Shown: in pieces, positions 27,694-37,963 of the stretch | Position numbering within the stretch: position 1 is the first letter of the stretch | Layout of the letters: every line of letters begins with the position of its first letter | Assembly: GCA_965277805.1 (NCBI GenBank) | Contig: OZ255842.1 | Coordinates: 3,552,001 to 3,616,000 of the forward strand | Source: Candidatus Lustribacter sp. | GTDB taxonomy: Bacteria > Vulcanimicrobiota > Vulcanimicrobiia > Vulcanimicrobiales > Vulcanimicrobiaceae | Direction of reading: 5' to 3' | Length of the DNA stretch: 64,000 bases | The notes under the pieces: generated by a model | Database searches by the model: none | The model's input: only the letters and a program-made list of their open reading frames with translations | Told to the model about the DNA's origin: nothing | Translations under genes and position numbers: made by a program

Positions 27694-28239
27694 ATGCAAC
27701 GACTCCCGAATCTCGACCCGGCCAAGCTGACGCCAGAACAAAAACGCGCCTACGACGAAGTCGCCGCCGCCCATACGGGCAACGTGCGCGGACCGTGGGC
27801 CATCGCATTGCGCGATCCCGAACTTCTGTATCACGCGCACAAACTCTACGACCGGTTGTGCGTTGGAACGAAACTCGGCGAACGATTGTTCGAGCTGATG
27901 GTGCTGACCGTCGCGCGCCACTGGACCTCGCAGTTCGAATGGGCGACGCACGAACGCAAGGCGCGCGAGGTCGGCGTTCCGCCCGCCGTGATCGAGGCGA
28001 TTCGCCACAACCGCGTGCCGCACTTCGAGCGTGAAGACGAACAGATCGTGTACGACACCGTGATCGAGCTCGAGCAAACGACCCAGCTGGGCACGCAATC
28101 CTACGAGCGGGCGCGCGCGTTCTTCGGCGAGGATCTGCTGGTCGAGCTGATCTCCGCCGCCGGTCTGTACACGATGATCGCGATGCTGCTCAACGCCTTC
28201 AATGCACCAATCCCCGCGACCGCGGAGCCGCTGCAGTGA
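27694..28239 (+). CDS. Carboxymuconolactone decarboxylase family protein
   Basis: LTPEQKRAYD..RGPW, ELMVLTVARHWTSQFEW..H, AGLYTMIAM.LNAF. Confidence 0.85.
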   Translation: MQRLPNLDPAKLTPEQKRAYDEVAAAHTGNVRGPWAIALRDPELLYHAHKLYDRLCVGTKLGERLFELMVLTVARHWTSQFEWATHERKAREVGVPPAVIEAIRHNRVPHFEREDEQIVYDTVIELEQTTQLGTQSYERARAFFGEDLLVELISAAGLYTMIAMLLNAFNAPIPATAEPLQ

Positions 28240-28712
28240 ACCCCGTACGGCGCGTTGTAACGGGCCACGCCGTGGACGGCGAAGCGAAAGTGCTCTTCGA
28301 TAACGCGATCACCGAAGTGAAGCGCGGCAAGTCGGGCTTGCTCACGCATCTCTGGAACACCAAAGCGACGCCGGCGGACATTGCGATCGGCGAAACCATC
28401 GACGATCCGGGCAAAGAGCCGCACATCACGGCACCGCCGGCCGGCGGTTCGCGCTTCGTCATCATCGACTACCCGCCGGGCAACAGCGGCACGATGCACC
28501 GTACCGAAACGATCGACTACATCGTGGTGCTCGCCGGCGAGATCGATATGGACATGGACGACTCGAGCGTGCACTTGAAAGCCGGCGACGTGATGGTGCA
28601 GCGCGGCACGAACCACGCTTGGTTCAACCGCGGTATCGAAAACGCGCGCGTCGCCTTCGTCCTGATCGACGCCGAACCGCTCGGCATCGGACACCCCCGC
28701 CTCCACGAATAA
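28236..28712 (+). CDS. Cupin domain protein
   Basis: RRVVTGH, MHRTETIDY, GDVMVQRGTNHAW. Confidence 0.9.
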   Translation: MNPVRRVVTGHAVDGEAKVLFDNAITEVKRGKSGLLTHLWNTKATPADIAIGETIDDPGKEPHITAPPAGGSRFVIIDYPPGNSGTMHRTETIDYIVVLAGEIDMDMDDSSVHLKAGDVMVQRGTNHAWFNRGIENARVAFVLIDAEPLGIGHPRLHE

Positions 28713-28763
28713 CCACCCTGGTCGGTGCATCCGGATCGACGAGCAGCGGGTCTTAGATAAGCT

Positions 28764-29768
28764 ATGCCTGCGCTTTCATTCCTCGACCTGGTCCGTATCC
28801 GTAAGGATGATGCATCCCCGCGCGAAGCGCTAAATCGTGCGGCTGACCTCGCCAAGTACGCGGAGCAGCTCGGGTTCGAGCGCTATTGGGTGGCCGAGCA
28901 CCACAATATGCGCGGGATCGGCAGTGCCGCGACCTCGATCGTGATCGCGCACATCGCGGAAGCCACGTCGACGATCCGCATCGGCTCGGGCGGGATCATG
29001 CTGCCCAATCACTCGCCGCTGGTGATCGCCGAACAATTCGGTACGCTGGCCGCCCTCTACGGCGATCGCATCGACCTGGGCCTCGGCCGCGCGCCCGGAA
29101 CCGACGGCTACGCATCGCGCGCGCTGCGCCGCGGTGGCGAAGCGGCGGAGCGCTTCCCGCAAGACGTTTTGGAACTGCAGCAACTGCTCGACGATCCGAT
29201 ACCGAACCAGGCGGTCATTGCGACACCCGGCGCCGGCACGCACGTGCCGATCTGGATCCTCGGATCGAGCCTCTTCGGTGCGCGGCTCGCAGCCGAACTC
29301 GGCCTGCCGTTCGGTTTCGCATCGCACTTCGCGCCGCAGGGCCTCGACGCCGCGCTCAACGTCTACCGCAGCAACTTCAAACCGTCGGAACAACTCGCCG
29401 CGCCGTACGCGCTGATCGGCGTCATCGCCGTCGCCGCCGACACGGACGCCGAAGCGAAGCGCCTCGCGACGACCGCGCAGATGGCATCGACCAACATTCT
29501 GCGTGACGCGCGCAACTTGAGTCTGCCGCCGATCGACGACATCGACGACTACTGGACGCCGCAAGAGAAGCCGCACGTGCTCGAGCGCATGACGTGCAGC
29601 GCAATCGGCAGCCCCGAGACCGTACGCGATCGCCTCGCAGCGATCGCGGAACGTACGCAGGCCGACGAGTTCATGATCGTCTCCGACATCTACGATCACG
29701 ATGCCCGCAAACATTCCCTCGAACTAACCCTCGCCGCGACGAAAGGCTTGATCGCCGCGAAGGTGTAG
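28764..29768 (+). CDS. LLM-class flavin-dependent oxidoreductase (YhbW-like)
   Basis: [50 protein letters not shown]. Confidence 0.92.
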   Translation: MPALSFLDLVRIRKDDASPREALNRAADLAKYAEQLGFERYWVAEHHNMRGIGSAATSIVIAHIAEATSTIRIGSGGIMLPNHSPLVIAEQFGTLAALYGDRIDLGLGRAPGTDGYASRALRRGGEAAERFPQDVLELQQLLDDPIPNQAVIATPGAGTHVPIWILGSSLFGARLAAELGLPFGFASHFAPQGLDAALNVYRSNFKPSEQLAAPYALIGVIAVAADTDAEAKRLATTAQMASTNILRDARNLSLPPIDDIDDYWTPQEKPHVLERMTCSAIGSPETVRDRLAAIAERTQADEFMIVSDIYDHDARKHSLELTLAATKGLIAAKV

Positions 29769-29769
29769 C

Positions 29770-31788
29770 CTATGCGAGGACCGCGGCCGGCTCGAGTTCG
29801 ACGCCGGGCGGGATTTCGCTGAAGGCGTAGACTTCGACGCGTGGGCCCACGCGGTCGAAGAACTCCGCAAGCAGCGGGCGCAGCGACGCGGTGACGACCA
29901 CGGCATGCGGCGCGAACGATGGATCGGCGAGAAACTGCTCGACGCCTTCGCGGACGCGACGGGCGGTGTGCGGGTCGGGGGCAAGGCCGGTTTCGCAGTT
30001 CCACATCCGCGCGAGCTCCGCGTCGAACTCCGGCGCTAGGATCAATGGGCGTATGCGGGTGACGGAATCGCGGCGGAATTGCTGCGGCACGATGATGCGG
30101 CGTACGGCTTCGGCCAGATCGCGTGGTTCACGTGCGTGCGGTGCGGCATCGAGCATCGCCTCGAAGACCGCGATCGGATCGCGCGGCCAGGCGCGCTCTC
30201 GAAGCAGCAACGCGACGGCGCGATGCGCGGTGACGATCGGCAACGCGTCCGAGCCGACGTCTTTTACGATCGACGGCACCTGCGCGCGCAAGTGCTCGAG
30301 CAGCGTCTGGAATTCTTGGCGGCCGAAAAGCTCCGCCGCGTTCGCACGGACGATTTCGGAGAGATGCGAGCCGATGATCGAGATCGCATCGAACGCCAGT
30401 GCTCCCGCCGCTTGCGCGAGGTCGCGCGCTTCAGGCAGAATCGATTTCGCCGTGAGCCCGTAGACGGGTTCGAGACACGGTTCGCCTTCGATGTGCGCGA
30501 GCACGGGTTCCGGTGCGACGGCGAGGAGGCGGTCGAGCCGGAGTCGTCCTTCGCCGGCGATGCGATCGCGCACGCGGATCGCGTAGGTGTCGGGTGCGCG
30601 CAAGCCGTCGTCGCGCAAACGCACACCCGGGATGACGATGCCCGTCTCCGCGGCAAGCGCGCGGCGCACGTCGCCGATGCGGTCGAGCAGCGCGTCGGCG
30701 TTCGGCGGCGCGAGCAATCCGTAGAGGTCGGTGCCGACGTCGATCGAGAGCGCGTCGACGCCGACCAGCGCAAACGCCGACTCAGGCCGGCGCACCGCGT
30801 CTTTGCGGCGCCGCTCGGCGGCCGCCCGGAGCGCGTCGTCGGCCCGCTTGCGGCGGGCGCCCGAGACCGATGCCCCGCCGAACGCGGCGAGTGCGAGCGC
30901 GCCGAACACCGGCGCCGGCAATGCCGGCACGAACGCCAGCACCGCCATCAGCACACCGGCCGTGCGCAGCGCGTCGGGGCGCGCGATCAGTTGCGCCGCG
31001 AGGTCGACCGCCAGCGCGCCTTCGCCCGCGACGCGCGTCACCATCAGCCCCATCGACGTGGAGATGAGGAACGCGGGCAGCGTGGTGACGAGCGCGTTGC
31101 CGATCGAAAGAATGGCGAACGTCTGCAGCGCGTCGAGCGGTCCCATGCCGTGGTAGAACACGCCGACCACCAGGCCACCGGCGAGGTTGAGCGCGACGAT
31201 CACCAGCGCCGCGATTGCATCGCCCTTGACGAACTTACCCGCGCCGTCCATCGCCGCGTAAAAGTCGGCCTCCCGCTGCACGCGCGCGCGTTTGCGGCGC
31301 GCGCCGTCGGCGTCGACCACGCCCGCGTGCACGTCGGCATCAATCGCCATTTGTTTTCCGGGCATCGCATCGAGCGTGAACCGCGCGGAGACTTCGGCGA
31401 CGCGCTGCGCGCCGCTCGCGATCACGATGAACTGGATCGTGATCAGAATAGCGAACACGATCAGACCGACGACGATGTTTCCGCGCACGACGAACGCGCC
31501 GAACGCCGGAATGATCGCGCCCACGCCGTCCGCCAGGTGGCCTTGCGTAAGGATGAGGCGCGTCGCGCTCACGTCGAGCGACAAGCGGAACAGCGTCGCA
31601 AGCAGCAACGCCGGCGGGAACGACGAGAATTCCAAGGGCTCTTCGACGCGCAAGCTCAGCAGCAGGATCAGCGCCGACCCGAAGATGTTCAGCGCCAGCA
31701 GCGCATCGAGCACGGCCGGCGGCAGCGGAACGATGAGGATTGCGACGATCGAGAGCACCGCCGCCGCGAACACGGCGTTCGGCTTCAT
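29770..31788 (-). CDS. flhA: Flagellar-type export gate protein FlhA
   Basis: FHIPEP motifs RVAEVSARFTLDAMPGKQMAIDAD and FYAAMDGAGKFVKGDAIA; full cytoplasmic domain. Confidence 0.92.
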   Translation of the reverse strand: MKPNAVFAAAVLSIVAILIVPLPPAVLDALLALNIFGSALILLLSLRVEEPLEFSSFPPALLLATLFRLSLDVSATRLILTQGHLADGVGAIIPAFGAFVVRGNIVVGLIVFAILITIQFIVIASGAQRVAEVSARFTLDAMPGKQMAIDADVHAGVVDADGARRKRARVQREADFYAAMDGAGKFVKGDAIAALVIVALNLAGGLVVGVFYHGMGPLDALQTFAILSIGNALVTTLPAFLISTSMGLMVTRVAGEGALAVDLAAQLIARPDALRTAGVLMAVLAFVPALPAPVFGALALAAFGGASVSGARRKRADDALRAAAERRRKDAVRRPESAFALVGVDALSIDVGTDLYGLLAPPNADALLDRIGDVRRALAAETGIVIPGVRLRDDGLRAPDTYAIRVRDRIAGEGRLRLDRLLAVAPEPVLAHIEGEPCLEPVYGLTAKSILPEARDLAQAAGALAFDAISIIGSHLSEIVRANAAELFGRQEFQTLLEHLRAQVPSIVKDVGSDALPIVTAHRAVALLLRERAWPRDPIAVFEAMLDAAPHAREPRDLAEAVRRIIVPQQFRRDSVTRIRPLILAPEFDAELARMWNCETGLAPDPHTARRVREGVEQFLADPSFAPHAVVVTASLRPLLAEFFDRVGPRVEVYAFSEIPPGVELEPAAVLA

Positions 31789-32807
31789 GCGGCGAGCACG
31801 CCGGCGCGGATGAGCGCCGAGATGGCCGTGGCGACCGCGACGAACGATTCGGCCGGAATCGGACGTCCCGCCTCGCCGCAGCGCCACAAGAGCCGCGCGA
31901 GTGCGATGTCCTCGACAACCGGAATGCGCGCGCGGTCGGCGATGGCGCGCACGTCGAGCGCAACCGCATCGGCCGCGCGCACGAGGATCTCGGGCACCGG
32001 GACCGCCGGCGGCGCATAGCGCAGCGCGATCGCGATGTGGGTCGGATTCACGACGACGAACGACGCCTCACGCGTGCGCGCGATCCCGCCGCGCACGAGC
32101 GTGCGGTGCAGTTGCTTGCGGCGCGACTTCGCTTGCGGGTCGCCGTCTTGCTCCTTCGCGTCGCGCTTGAACTCTTCGAACGTCATCTTCAATGACTGCA
32201 GCCAGCGCCGGCGCACGACCGCATAGTCGGCCAGCGCGAACAGCCCGCCGACCCCGGCCGCGACGAAGCAGGCCTGCAGCATGCCGTCCAGCGCCACGCC
32301 GGCCGCGGCCGGCACCGACGTCGTCGCCGTAACGGCGGCAACGGTCCGAACGCCCAGCGGTGCAACGATCGCAATGACCGCAACGAACGCAACGCCCGCG
32401 CGCGCTGCCGCCACGGCGGCCTCTGTGCCGAACATCCGTTTGATGCCCGGCAGCGGCGCGAGCTTCGCGAATGCGAACGTTACCGGCGCAACGCGCAGGC
32501 CGCCGGTTTGCGCGAAAGTGGTCAGCAAGCCGGCTGCGGCTGCGCACGCTGCCGGCACCAGCGCGAGCTCCGTCAACACGAGCAGCGGCAACGGATCGAT
32601 GGGTCCGGCGACGTTCGTGCTCGCGCGCACCGCGTTCGCCGCCGCCGCCGTAACGAGCGGTAAGCACGCCGTGAGCCCGAGCACCGCCGCGGCAAATCCG
32701 GCGATGCTCGCGAGTTCGTGCGAGCGCGCGGCATTGCCCTCGCGCTTCGCCCGTTCGCGCCGTGACGGCGTCGCGTCGAACCGTTTCTCCGCACCGTCAT
32801 CGCTCAC
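31785..32807 (-). CDS. flhB: Export switch protein FlhB
   Basis: EKRFDATPSRRERAKREGN..RSHEL, LKMT..E.K...KEQDGDP, NPTH autocleavage site; GTG start at 32807. Confidence 0.9.
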   Translation of the reverse strand: MSDDGAEKRFDATPSRRERAKREGNAARSHELASIAGFAAAVLGLTACLPLVTAAAANAVRASTNVAGPIDPLPLLVLTELALVPAACAAAAGLLTTFAQTGGLRVAPVTFAFAKLAPLPGIKRMFGTEAAVAAARAGVAFVAVIAIVAPLGVRTVAAVTATTSVPAAAGVALDGMLQACFVAAGVGGLFALADYAVVRRRWLQSLKMTFEEFKRDAKEQDGDPQAKSRRKQLHRTLVRGGIARTREASFVVVNPTHIAIALRYAPPAVPVPEILVRAADAVALDVRAIADRARIPVVEDIALARLLWRCGEAGRPIPAESFVAVATAISALIRAGVLAA

Positions 32808-33520
32808 GGGCGCAACTCGAACGGCAACACGAGCCACGGCTGCGCGGCCAGCGGCGCAAACAGTGGGATGCCGCTCAGCGCAACGACGATCGCGACCGCG
32901 AACACTACCGGAAACGCAAGCGAGAAGCTCGCCAGCCGCGGCACGACACGCGCCACCGCAGCCAGCGCGACCTGCACGGTCAACGCAACGGCCAGCGCCG
33001 GTGCCGCAATGAGCAGCGCGGCGCGAACGATCGTCGCGGGCAGTGCAATAGCGAACTGCGTCCACGCTGCCGGCGCGATGATCCCGCCGGGTGCAACGGC
33101 GTCGAAACTGCCCGCGAACGCGCGTACGACCGGCACGTAGCCGTCGAGGAGAAAAAAGCCGGCCAGAAAGACGGACGACCATAGACGGCCGAACGCCTGC
33201 GCCGAAGTGACGTTGGCGTTCGGCACCGCGCCGCGCACGCCGACGTAATCGTCGATCGTGCGCCCGGCGTAATATGCACCGTCGTAGAGCAGCGAGGCGC
33301 CGGTGCCGATGGCCGCACCGAGCAGCGTCTCGCCGGCAACCGCGAGCGTGAACCGGACGCCGTCGAAGGACGCAGCGCGCACGTGCGGCGCGATGACGAA
33401 AGCCAGCGCGAGCGCCAGTGCCGCGCGCACCGGCGGCGGCACGCTTGGGTGCGAGAAGCCCGGTGCCCGGAAGATCATGCCTGCGCTGCGCGCGAAGACG
33501 AGCAGCATCGTCTGCGTCAT
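32804..33520 (-). CDS. fliR: Export gate protein FliR
   Basis: LLVFARSAGMIFRAPGFS..VPPPVR, AGETLLG, AGRTID, IAAP; located between fliQ and flhB. Confidence 0.85.
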   Translation of the reverse strand: MTQTMLLVFARSAGMIFRAPGFSHPSVPPPVRAALALALAFVIAPHVRAASFDGVRFTLAVAGETLLGAAIGTGASLLYDGAYYAGRTIDDYVGVRGAVPNANVTSAQAFGRLWSSVFLAGFFLLDGYVPVVRAFAGSFDAVAPGGIIAPAAWTQFAIALPATIVRAALLIAAPALAVALTVQVALAAVARVVPRLASFSLAFPVVFAVAIVVALSGIPLFAPLAAQPWLVLPFELRP

Positions 33521-33783
33521 CCACGCACGAGCTGCGGGATGCGCGCCACCGCCTCGAGCAGCAATTGCTCGCAAAGCGTGAGGCCGAAACGGCCGAACAG
33601 CGCGCAGGCGAGGCCGACGACGATGACTTTCGGTAACAGCGTGAGCGTCTGTTCCTGGATCTGCGTCGCTGCCTGAAGGATTGCCACGAGCGCGCCGACG
33701 AGCGTCGCAATCGTCAGAATCGGGATCGTCAACAGCGCCGTTACCAGCAGCGCGTCACGTAAGAGGCTCTCAAACTCGGCCAC
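33517..33783 (-). CDS. fliQ: Export gate protein FliQ
   Basis: VGALVAILQAATQIQEQTLTLLPK. Confidence 0.92.
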   Translation of the reverse strand: MAEFESLLRDALLVTALLTIPILTIATLVGALVAILQAATQIQEQTLTLLPKVIVVGLACALFGRFGLTLCEQLLLEAVARIPQLVRG

Positions 33784-33832
33784 ACCGCATACTCGCCGTT
33801 ACGCGATGACCGCGCGATGACCGGGATGTTGC
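33784..33832 (-). promoter_or_regulatory. 11-bp-period direct repeats upstream of fliQ
   Basis: Minus strand GCAAC-N6-GTCAT-N6-GTCAT-N22-GTG. Confidence 0.55.
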
Positions 33833-33850
33833 GAAACCTCGACGATTTTC

Positions 33851-33878
33851 GCGGTCCCTCGACAAGCTTGGGATGACA
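33851..33878 (+). repeat. Dispersed REP-like repeat, copy 2
   Basis: GCGGTCCCTCGACAAGCTTGGGATGACA. Confidence 0.85.
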
Positions 33879-33926
33879 AACTGCGCGCAGGAGATCAGGC
33901 CTGTGCCACGTACGGCAAAAATTACC

Positions 33927-35345
33927 ATGCCGGCCAAGACGATGTTCGACAAGATCTGGGAGCGCCACGCCATCCTCGAAGAGGCAGACGAGACCCTCCT
34001 CTACGTCGACCGCTGTCTATTACATGAGGGCTCGAGTCACACGTTCGAAAACTTGCGCGAAACCTCGACGCCGGTAGCGCGTCACAAGCAAGTGTTTGCT
34101 TTCGCCGATCACTACGTGCCGAGCGATCCCGAGCAGCGCAAGCGGGGAACGACCGCAATTGCCGATCCGGAGATTCGTCACATGGTCGAGCTGCTCGAGA
34201 GCAACACGACCGAACACGGCATCACGCAGTTCGGCATCGCTGACGAGCGTCAGGGCATCCATCACGTTGCCGGTCCCGAGCTCGGCATCACGCTGCCCGG
34301 TCTCGTGATCACCGGCGGCGACTCACACACGTCCACGCACGGTGCGTTCGGAAATTTTTCGTTCGGCATCGGCGCTTCGGAAGTCACGCACGTGCTCGCA
34401 ACGCAAACGATTTGGCAGCGCCGGCCCGGCAACAAGCGGATCGTGGTCGACGGCACGCTCGGCTTCGGCGTCGCACCGAAAGACCTGATCCTCGCGATCA
34501 TCGCGCGCATCGGCATCGGCGGCGGTCTCGGCCACGTGCTCGAATACGCCGGCTCGACGTTCCGCAAGATGTCGATGGACGAGCGCATGACCATCTGCAA
34601 CATGTCGATCGAAGCGGGCGCGCGCGCCGGCATGATCGCCCCTGACGACGTCACGTACGCTTATATTGAAGGCCGCCCATATGCGCCGCAGGGCGCAGAC
34701 TTCGAGCGTGCGGTCGCATACTGGAAGACCCTGCCATCGGATGACGACGCCAAATTCGATCAAATCGTCACGCTCGATGCGGCCGCAATCGCGCCGCACG
34801 TCACCTGGGGGACGAATCCCGAACAGGGCCGGCCGATCTCCGAACGCGTCCCCGATCCGGCCGCCGAAGCCGATCCGGAACGCCGCGCCGAAATCGCCAA
34901 GTCGCTGCAGTACATGGACCTCAGGCCCGGCATGCCGCTAACCGAGATCGGCGTCGATCGCGTCTTCATCGGCTCGTGCACGAACAGCCGCATCGAAGAT
35001 CTGCGCTCCGCCGCCGCCGTTGCGCGTCGCGGTCACGCCGTGGTGCCGACGTGGGTTGTGCCCGGCTCGGTTGCGGTGAAACGGCAAGCCGAAGCGGAGG
35101 GCCTCGATCGCGTGTTCATTACGGCGGGCTTCGAATGGCGCGAACCGGGCTGCTCGCTGTGCACGGCGCTCAACGGCGACATGATTCAGCCGGGCGAACG
35201 CTGCGCGTCAACCTCAAACCGCAATTTCCCCGGCCGGCAAGGACCGCTCGGACGCACGCACCTGATGAGCCCGGCGATGGCCGCAGCCGCGGCGATCACG
35301 GGTCACCTCACCGACGTTCGCCAACTCTCCGCCGGCAACAACTAA
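33927..35345 (+). CDS. leuC: Isopropylmalate isomerase large subunit family protein (divergent LeuC paralog)
   Basis: KTMFDKIW..H, GDSHTSTHGAFG, CNMSIEAGARAG, FIGSCTNSRIEDL, PGCSLC, STSNRNF.GRQG. Confidence 0.85.
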   Translation: MPAKTMFDKIWERHAILEEADETLLYVDRCLLHEGSSHTFENLRETSTPVARHKQVFAFADHYVPSDPEQRKRGTTAIADPEIRHMVELLESNTTEHGITQFGIADERQGIHHVAGPELGITLPGLVITGGDSHTSTHGAFGNFSFGIGASEVTHVLATQTIWQRRPGNKRIVVDGTLGFGVAPKDLILAIIARIGIGGGLGHVLEYAGSTFRKMSMDERMTICNMSIEAGARAGMIAPDDVTYAYIEGRPYAPQGADFERAVAYWKTLPSDDDAKFDQIVTLDAAAIAPHVTWGTNPEQGRPISERVPDPAAEADPERRAEIAKSLQYMDLRPGMPLTEIGVDRVFIGSCTNSRIEDLRSAAAVARRGHAVVPTWVVPGSVAVKRQAEAEGLDRVFITAGFEWREPGCSLCTALNGDMIQPGERCASTSNRNFPGRQGPLGRTHLMSPAMAAAAAITGHLTDVRQLSAGNN

Positions 35346-35962
35346 TGGAACCATTCACCCGCGTCACGGCGATCGCCGTGCCGTTCGACGAAGCCAACGT
35401 CGATACGAACCAGCTCTGCCCGACTCGCTTCAACAAGGTTCCGCGCGGCGAACGCTTCTGGAGCGTGATGCTGCACGACCGGCGCTTCAATCCGGATGAG
35501 TCGGAGAAGCCCGAGTTCATCTTCAATCAAGAACCATACCGGAAGGCCGGCATCATCGTGGCCGGCCGCAACTTCGGCGTCGGGTCGTCGCGCGAGACGG
35601 CGGTCTTCGGGCTCGTCTACTTTGGCATCCGGTGCGTCATCGCGCCGAGCCTGGGCGACATCTTCACCAACAACGCATACAAGAACGGGTTGCTCCCGAT
35701 CGTCCTGCCGGCCGAAGCGGTGACCGATCTCATGCAGCAACTGCAAGCCGAACGCGGCGCGGAGATCACCGTCGATCTGCCGAGTCAAGCCGTGATCGCG
35801 CCCAATGGCACGACCTACACGTTCGACATCAAGCCGCTGCGCAAGCGCTGCTTGAGTCTCGGTCTGGATGAGATCGCGCTAACCAAAACGTTCGGCGACA
35901 AGATCGATTCGTTCGAGGCGAACTACAAACGCACGTATGACTGGCTCGACACCGGAGCCTGA
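35345..35962 (+). CDS. leuD: Isopropylmalate isomerase small subunit family protein (LeuD paralog)
   Basis: MEPFT, NVDTNQLCP, NFGVGSSRE, DIF.NN.YKNGLLPI, GLDEIALT. Confidence 0.85.
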   Translation: MEPFTRVTAIAVPFDEANVDTNQLCPTRFNKVPRGERFWSVMLHDRRFNPDESEKPEFIFNQEPYRKAGIIVAGRNFGVGSSRETAVFGLVYFGIRCVIAPSLGDIFTNNAYKNGLLPIVLPAEAVTDLMQQLQAERGAEITVDLPSQAVIAPNGTTYTFDIKPLRKRCLSLGLDEIALTKTFGDKIDSFEANYKRTYDWLDTGA

Positions 35963-36443
35963 TCGCCCCTCGACGCTCGAGCACCTCGGCTTCGTCTTGG
36001 TGCTCGGTGTATTCATGGGCTGGTATCTCTGGAACAGCGCTGCCGCATCGGCGACCTTTGAGAACTTGTTCTTGGTCGGCCCGGTCAGCGTGCTCGGGCT
36101 CGCGCTGGTCGCGATCGTCATCGGGTTGACCATCGCGCAGAAAAACGCGCCGGCCGCAGCCGCGGGAGCGATCCCGGATCGCTTGCCGGTTGGCCGCACG
36201 CGCGATGCGATCGCCGTCATTATCGCGTTTCTCGTTTTCGTCGCTGCAGCACCGGTCATCGGTTTCGATCTCTCGACCTTCTTCTTCATGGCCGCCGTGA
36301 TGTGGTACCTCGGCGAGCGGCGCATCGTGTGGATCGCGGGCATCTCGCTCGCGCTCGCGGTGCTGCTCACCATCGGCGCGCTCGCGACGCTGACCTATCC
36401 CCTGCCGACCGCGATTCTCGGCCGGCTCTGGGCGCTGCTGTGA
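35937..36443 (+). CDS. Tripartite tricarboxylate transporter small membrane subunit (TctB-like)
   Basis: Four to five TM segments, IGF..STFFF..MWYLGER, LP motif; lies upstream of TctA. Confidence 0.7.
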   Translation: MTGSTPEPDRPSTLEHLGFVLVLGVFMGWYLWNSAAASATFENLFLVGPVSVLGLALVAIVIGLTIAQKNAPAAAAGAIPDRLPVGRTRDAIAVIIAFLVFVAAAPVIGFDLSTFFFMAAVMWYLGERRIVWIAGISLALAVLLTIGALATLTYPLPTAILGRLWALL

Positions 36444-37963
36444 TCGATCTCCACGCGCTGCAATCGGCGTTCACGATTCTCTCATCGTCAAACTTGGCGT
36501 GGCTGCTCGTCGTTCCGGGCGTCATCCTCGGCATGCTCGGCGGTGCCTTGCCCGGCGTCTCCGGCGCGCTGATTTTGGCGCTCGTGCTGCCGGTGACGCT
36601 GCGTATGGATTTTCTGCCGGCGCTCGTGTTTCTCACCGCAATCCACACCGGCTCGCTGTTCGGCGTTGCAGTGCCCGCGATTCTCATGAACGTGCCGGGC
36701 TCGGCGGCCGCAGTCGCCACGTCTTTCGACGGCTATCCGATGTCGCGGCGCGGCGAACACAACGTCGCGCTCGGCCTCGCGCTTTCGGCCTCCGTGCTTG
36801 GCCATCTCGGCGCCTACATTCTGCTGTTCTTGTGGATCGAACCGATTTCGCACGCGGTGTTGAAGCTTGGTCCGCCGGAGATGCTGTTGATCATGCTGTG
36901 GGGCCTGACGCTCATCGCGGCCTTACGCGGCAAACACATGTCGCGCAGCCTGCTCGCCGGCGTGCTCGGCATTTTGATCGGCACGATCGGGCTCAGTCCG
37001 GGCGGCGCGATTCGCGGCACGTTCGGCATACCGGATCTGCTCGACGGCGTCCCCGTCATCTCGGCGCTGATCGGGCTTTTCGCAGCCGGCGAACTCTTCA
37101 ATCTGGCGGGCACGAAGTTTCTCGTCGATGCGGCCGAACATCGCCGCGTTCGCATCAACGAGATCATCCGCGGTATGCTCGCGGCGCTGCGGTACCCGGT
37201 CGTCATCCTGCGCGGGCTCGCGATCGGCTCGACCATCGGCGGCCTGCCCGGCGTCGGCGCATCTGTCTGCAATCTCATCTCCTACGTCGAGACGCGCCGC
37301 ACCGACAAACACCCGGAAACGTTCGGCACGGGCAATCCCAAAGGCGTCGTCGCCGCCGAAGCGGGCAACGCGAGCTCCGAAGGCGGCTCGATGGCGACGC
37401 TGCTCGCGCTCGGCATCCCGGGTGGCGCCTCGTCGGCCGTGATGCTGGCCGCCTTTGCGCTGCACAATATCACCGGCGGCCCGCAATTCATCACGAAGTC
37501 CAAAGATGTCGTCTACGCAATCATCATGACGAACTTCGCCAACGGCGTCGTGCTGCTGCTGCTCGGCATCGTGCTGACCGGTCTGATGGCAAACATCGTG
37601 CGCATTCCCGTACGCATCCTCATCCCGGCGATCTTGGCGCTCGCGACGTTCGGTGCGTACAGCTTCGACGGCAGCATGATCGGGCCGTTCACCATGGCGG
37701 TGTTTGCCGTGCTCGGCTGGTTCATGCGCCGTCACGATTATTCGATCCCCGCCTGCGCCGTCGGCTTGATCCTCGGCAAGAACATCGAACAGCAACTGCT
37801 CAACTCGATTCAGGTGAGCGGCGGCGGACTCAGCTACTTCTTAGGCCGGCCGATCGCGCTGACACTTTTCGTGCTTCTCGTCGGTTCGATGGTCTATCGC
37901 CCGGTCATGGACCGGGTACGCACGTTCGGCCGGCGCGCCGAGAAAGATCCCGCTGCATGTTGA
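36440..37963 (+). CDS. tctA: Tripartite tricarboxylate transporter permease TctA
   Basis: GALPGVSG, AILMNVPG..A.ATSFDGYPM, GVVAAEAGNAS, LALGIPG. Confidence 0.9.
   Translation: MIDLHALQSAFTILSSSNLAWLLVVPGVILGMLGGALPGVSGALILALVLPVTLRMDFLPALVFLTAIHTGSLFGVAVPAILMNVPGSAAAVATSFDGYPMSRRGEHNVALGLALSASVLGHLGAYILLFLWIEPISHAVLKLGPPEMLLIMLWGLTLIAALRGKHMSRSLLAGVLGILIGTIGLSPGGAIRGTFGIPDLLDGVPVISALIGLFAAGELFNLAGTKFLVDAAEHRRVRINEIIRGMLAALRYPVVILRGLAIGSTIGGLPGVGASVCNLISYVETRRTDKHPETFGTGNPKGVVAAEAGNASSEGGSMATLLALGIPGGASSAVMLAAFALHNITGGPQFITKSKDVVYAIIMTNFANGVVLLLLGIVLTGLMANIVRIPVRILIPAILALATFGAYSFDGSMIGPFTMAVFAVLGWFMRRHDYSIPACAVGLILGKNIEQQLLNSIQVSGGGLSYFLGRPIALTLFVLLVGSMVYRPVMDRVRTFGRRAEKDPAAC

Noticed and set aside
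23006-32019. Long antisense ORFs (23006-24733, 25804-27024, 30079-32019) as overlapping genes
   Set aside because: Typical stop-poor antisense frames of high-GC genes; no recognisable motifs.
31785-33710. 641-aa ORF suggesting a giant FlhB fusion
   Set aside because: The upstream part is an alternate frame over fliQ/fliR; FlhB homology begins at GTG 32807.
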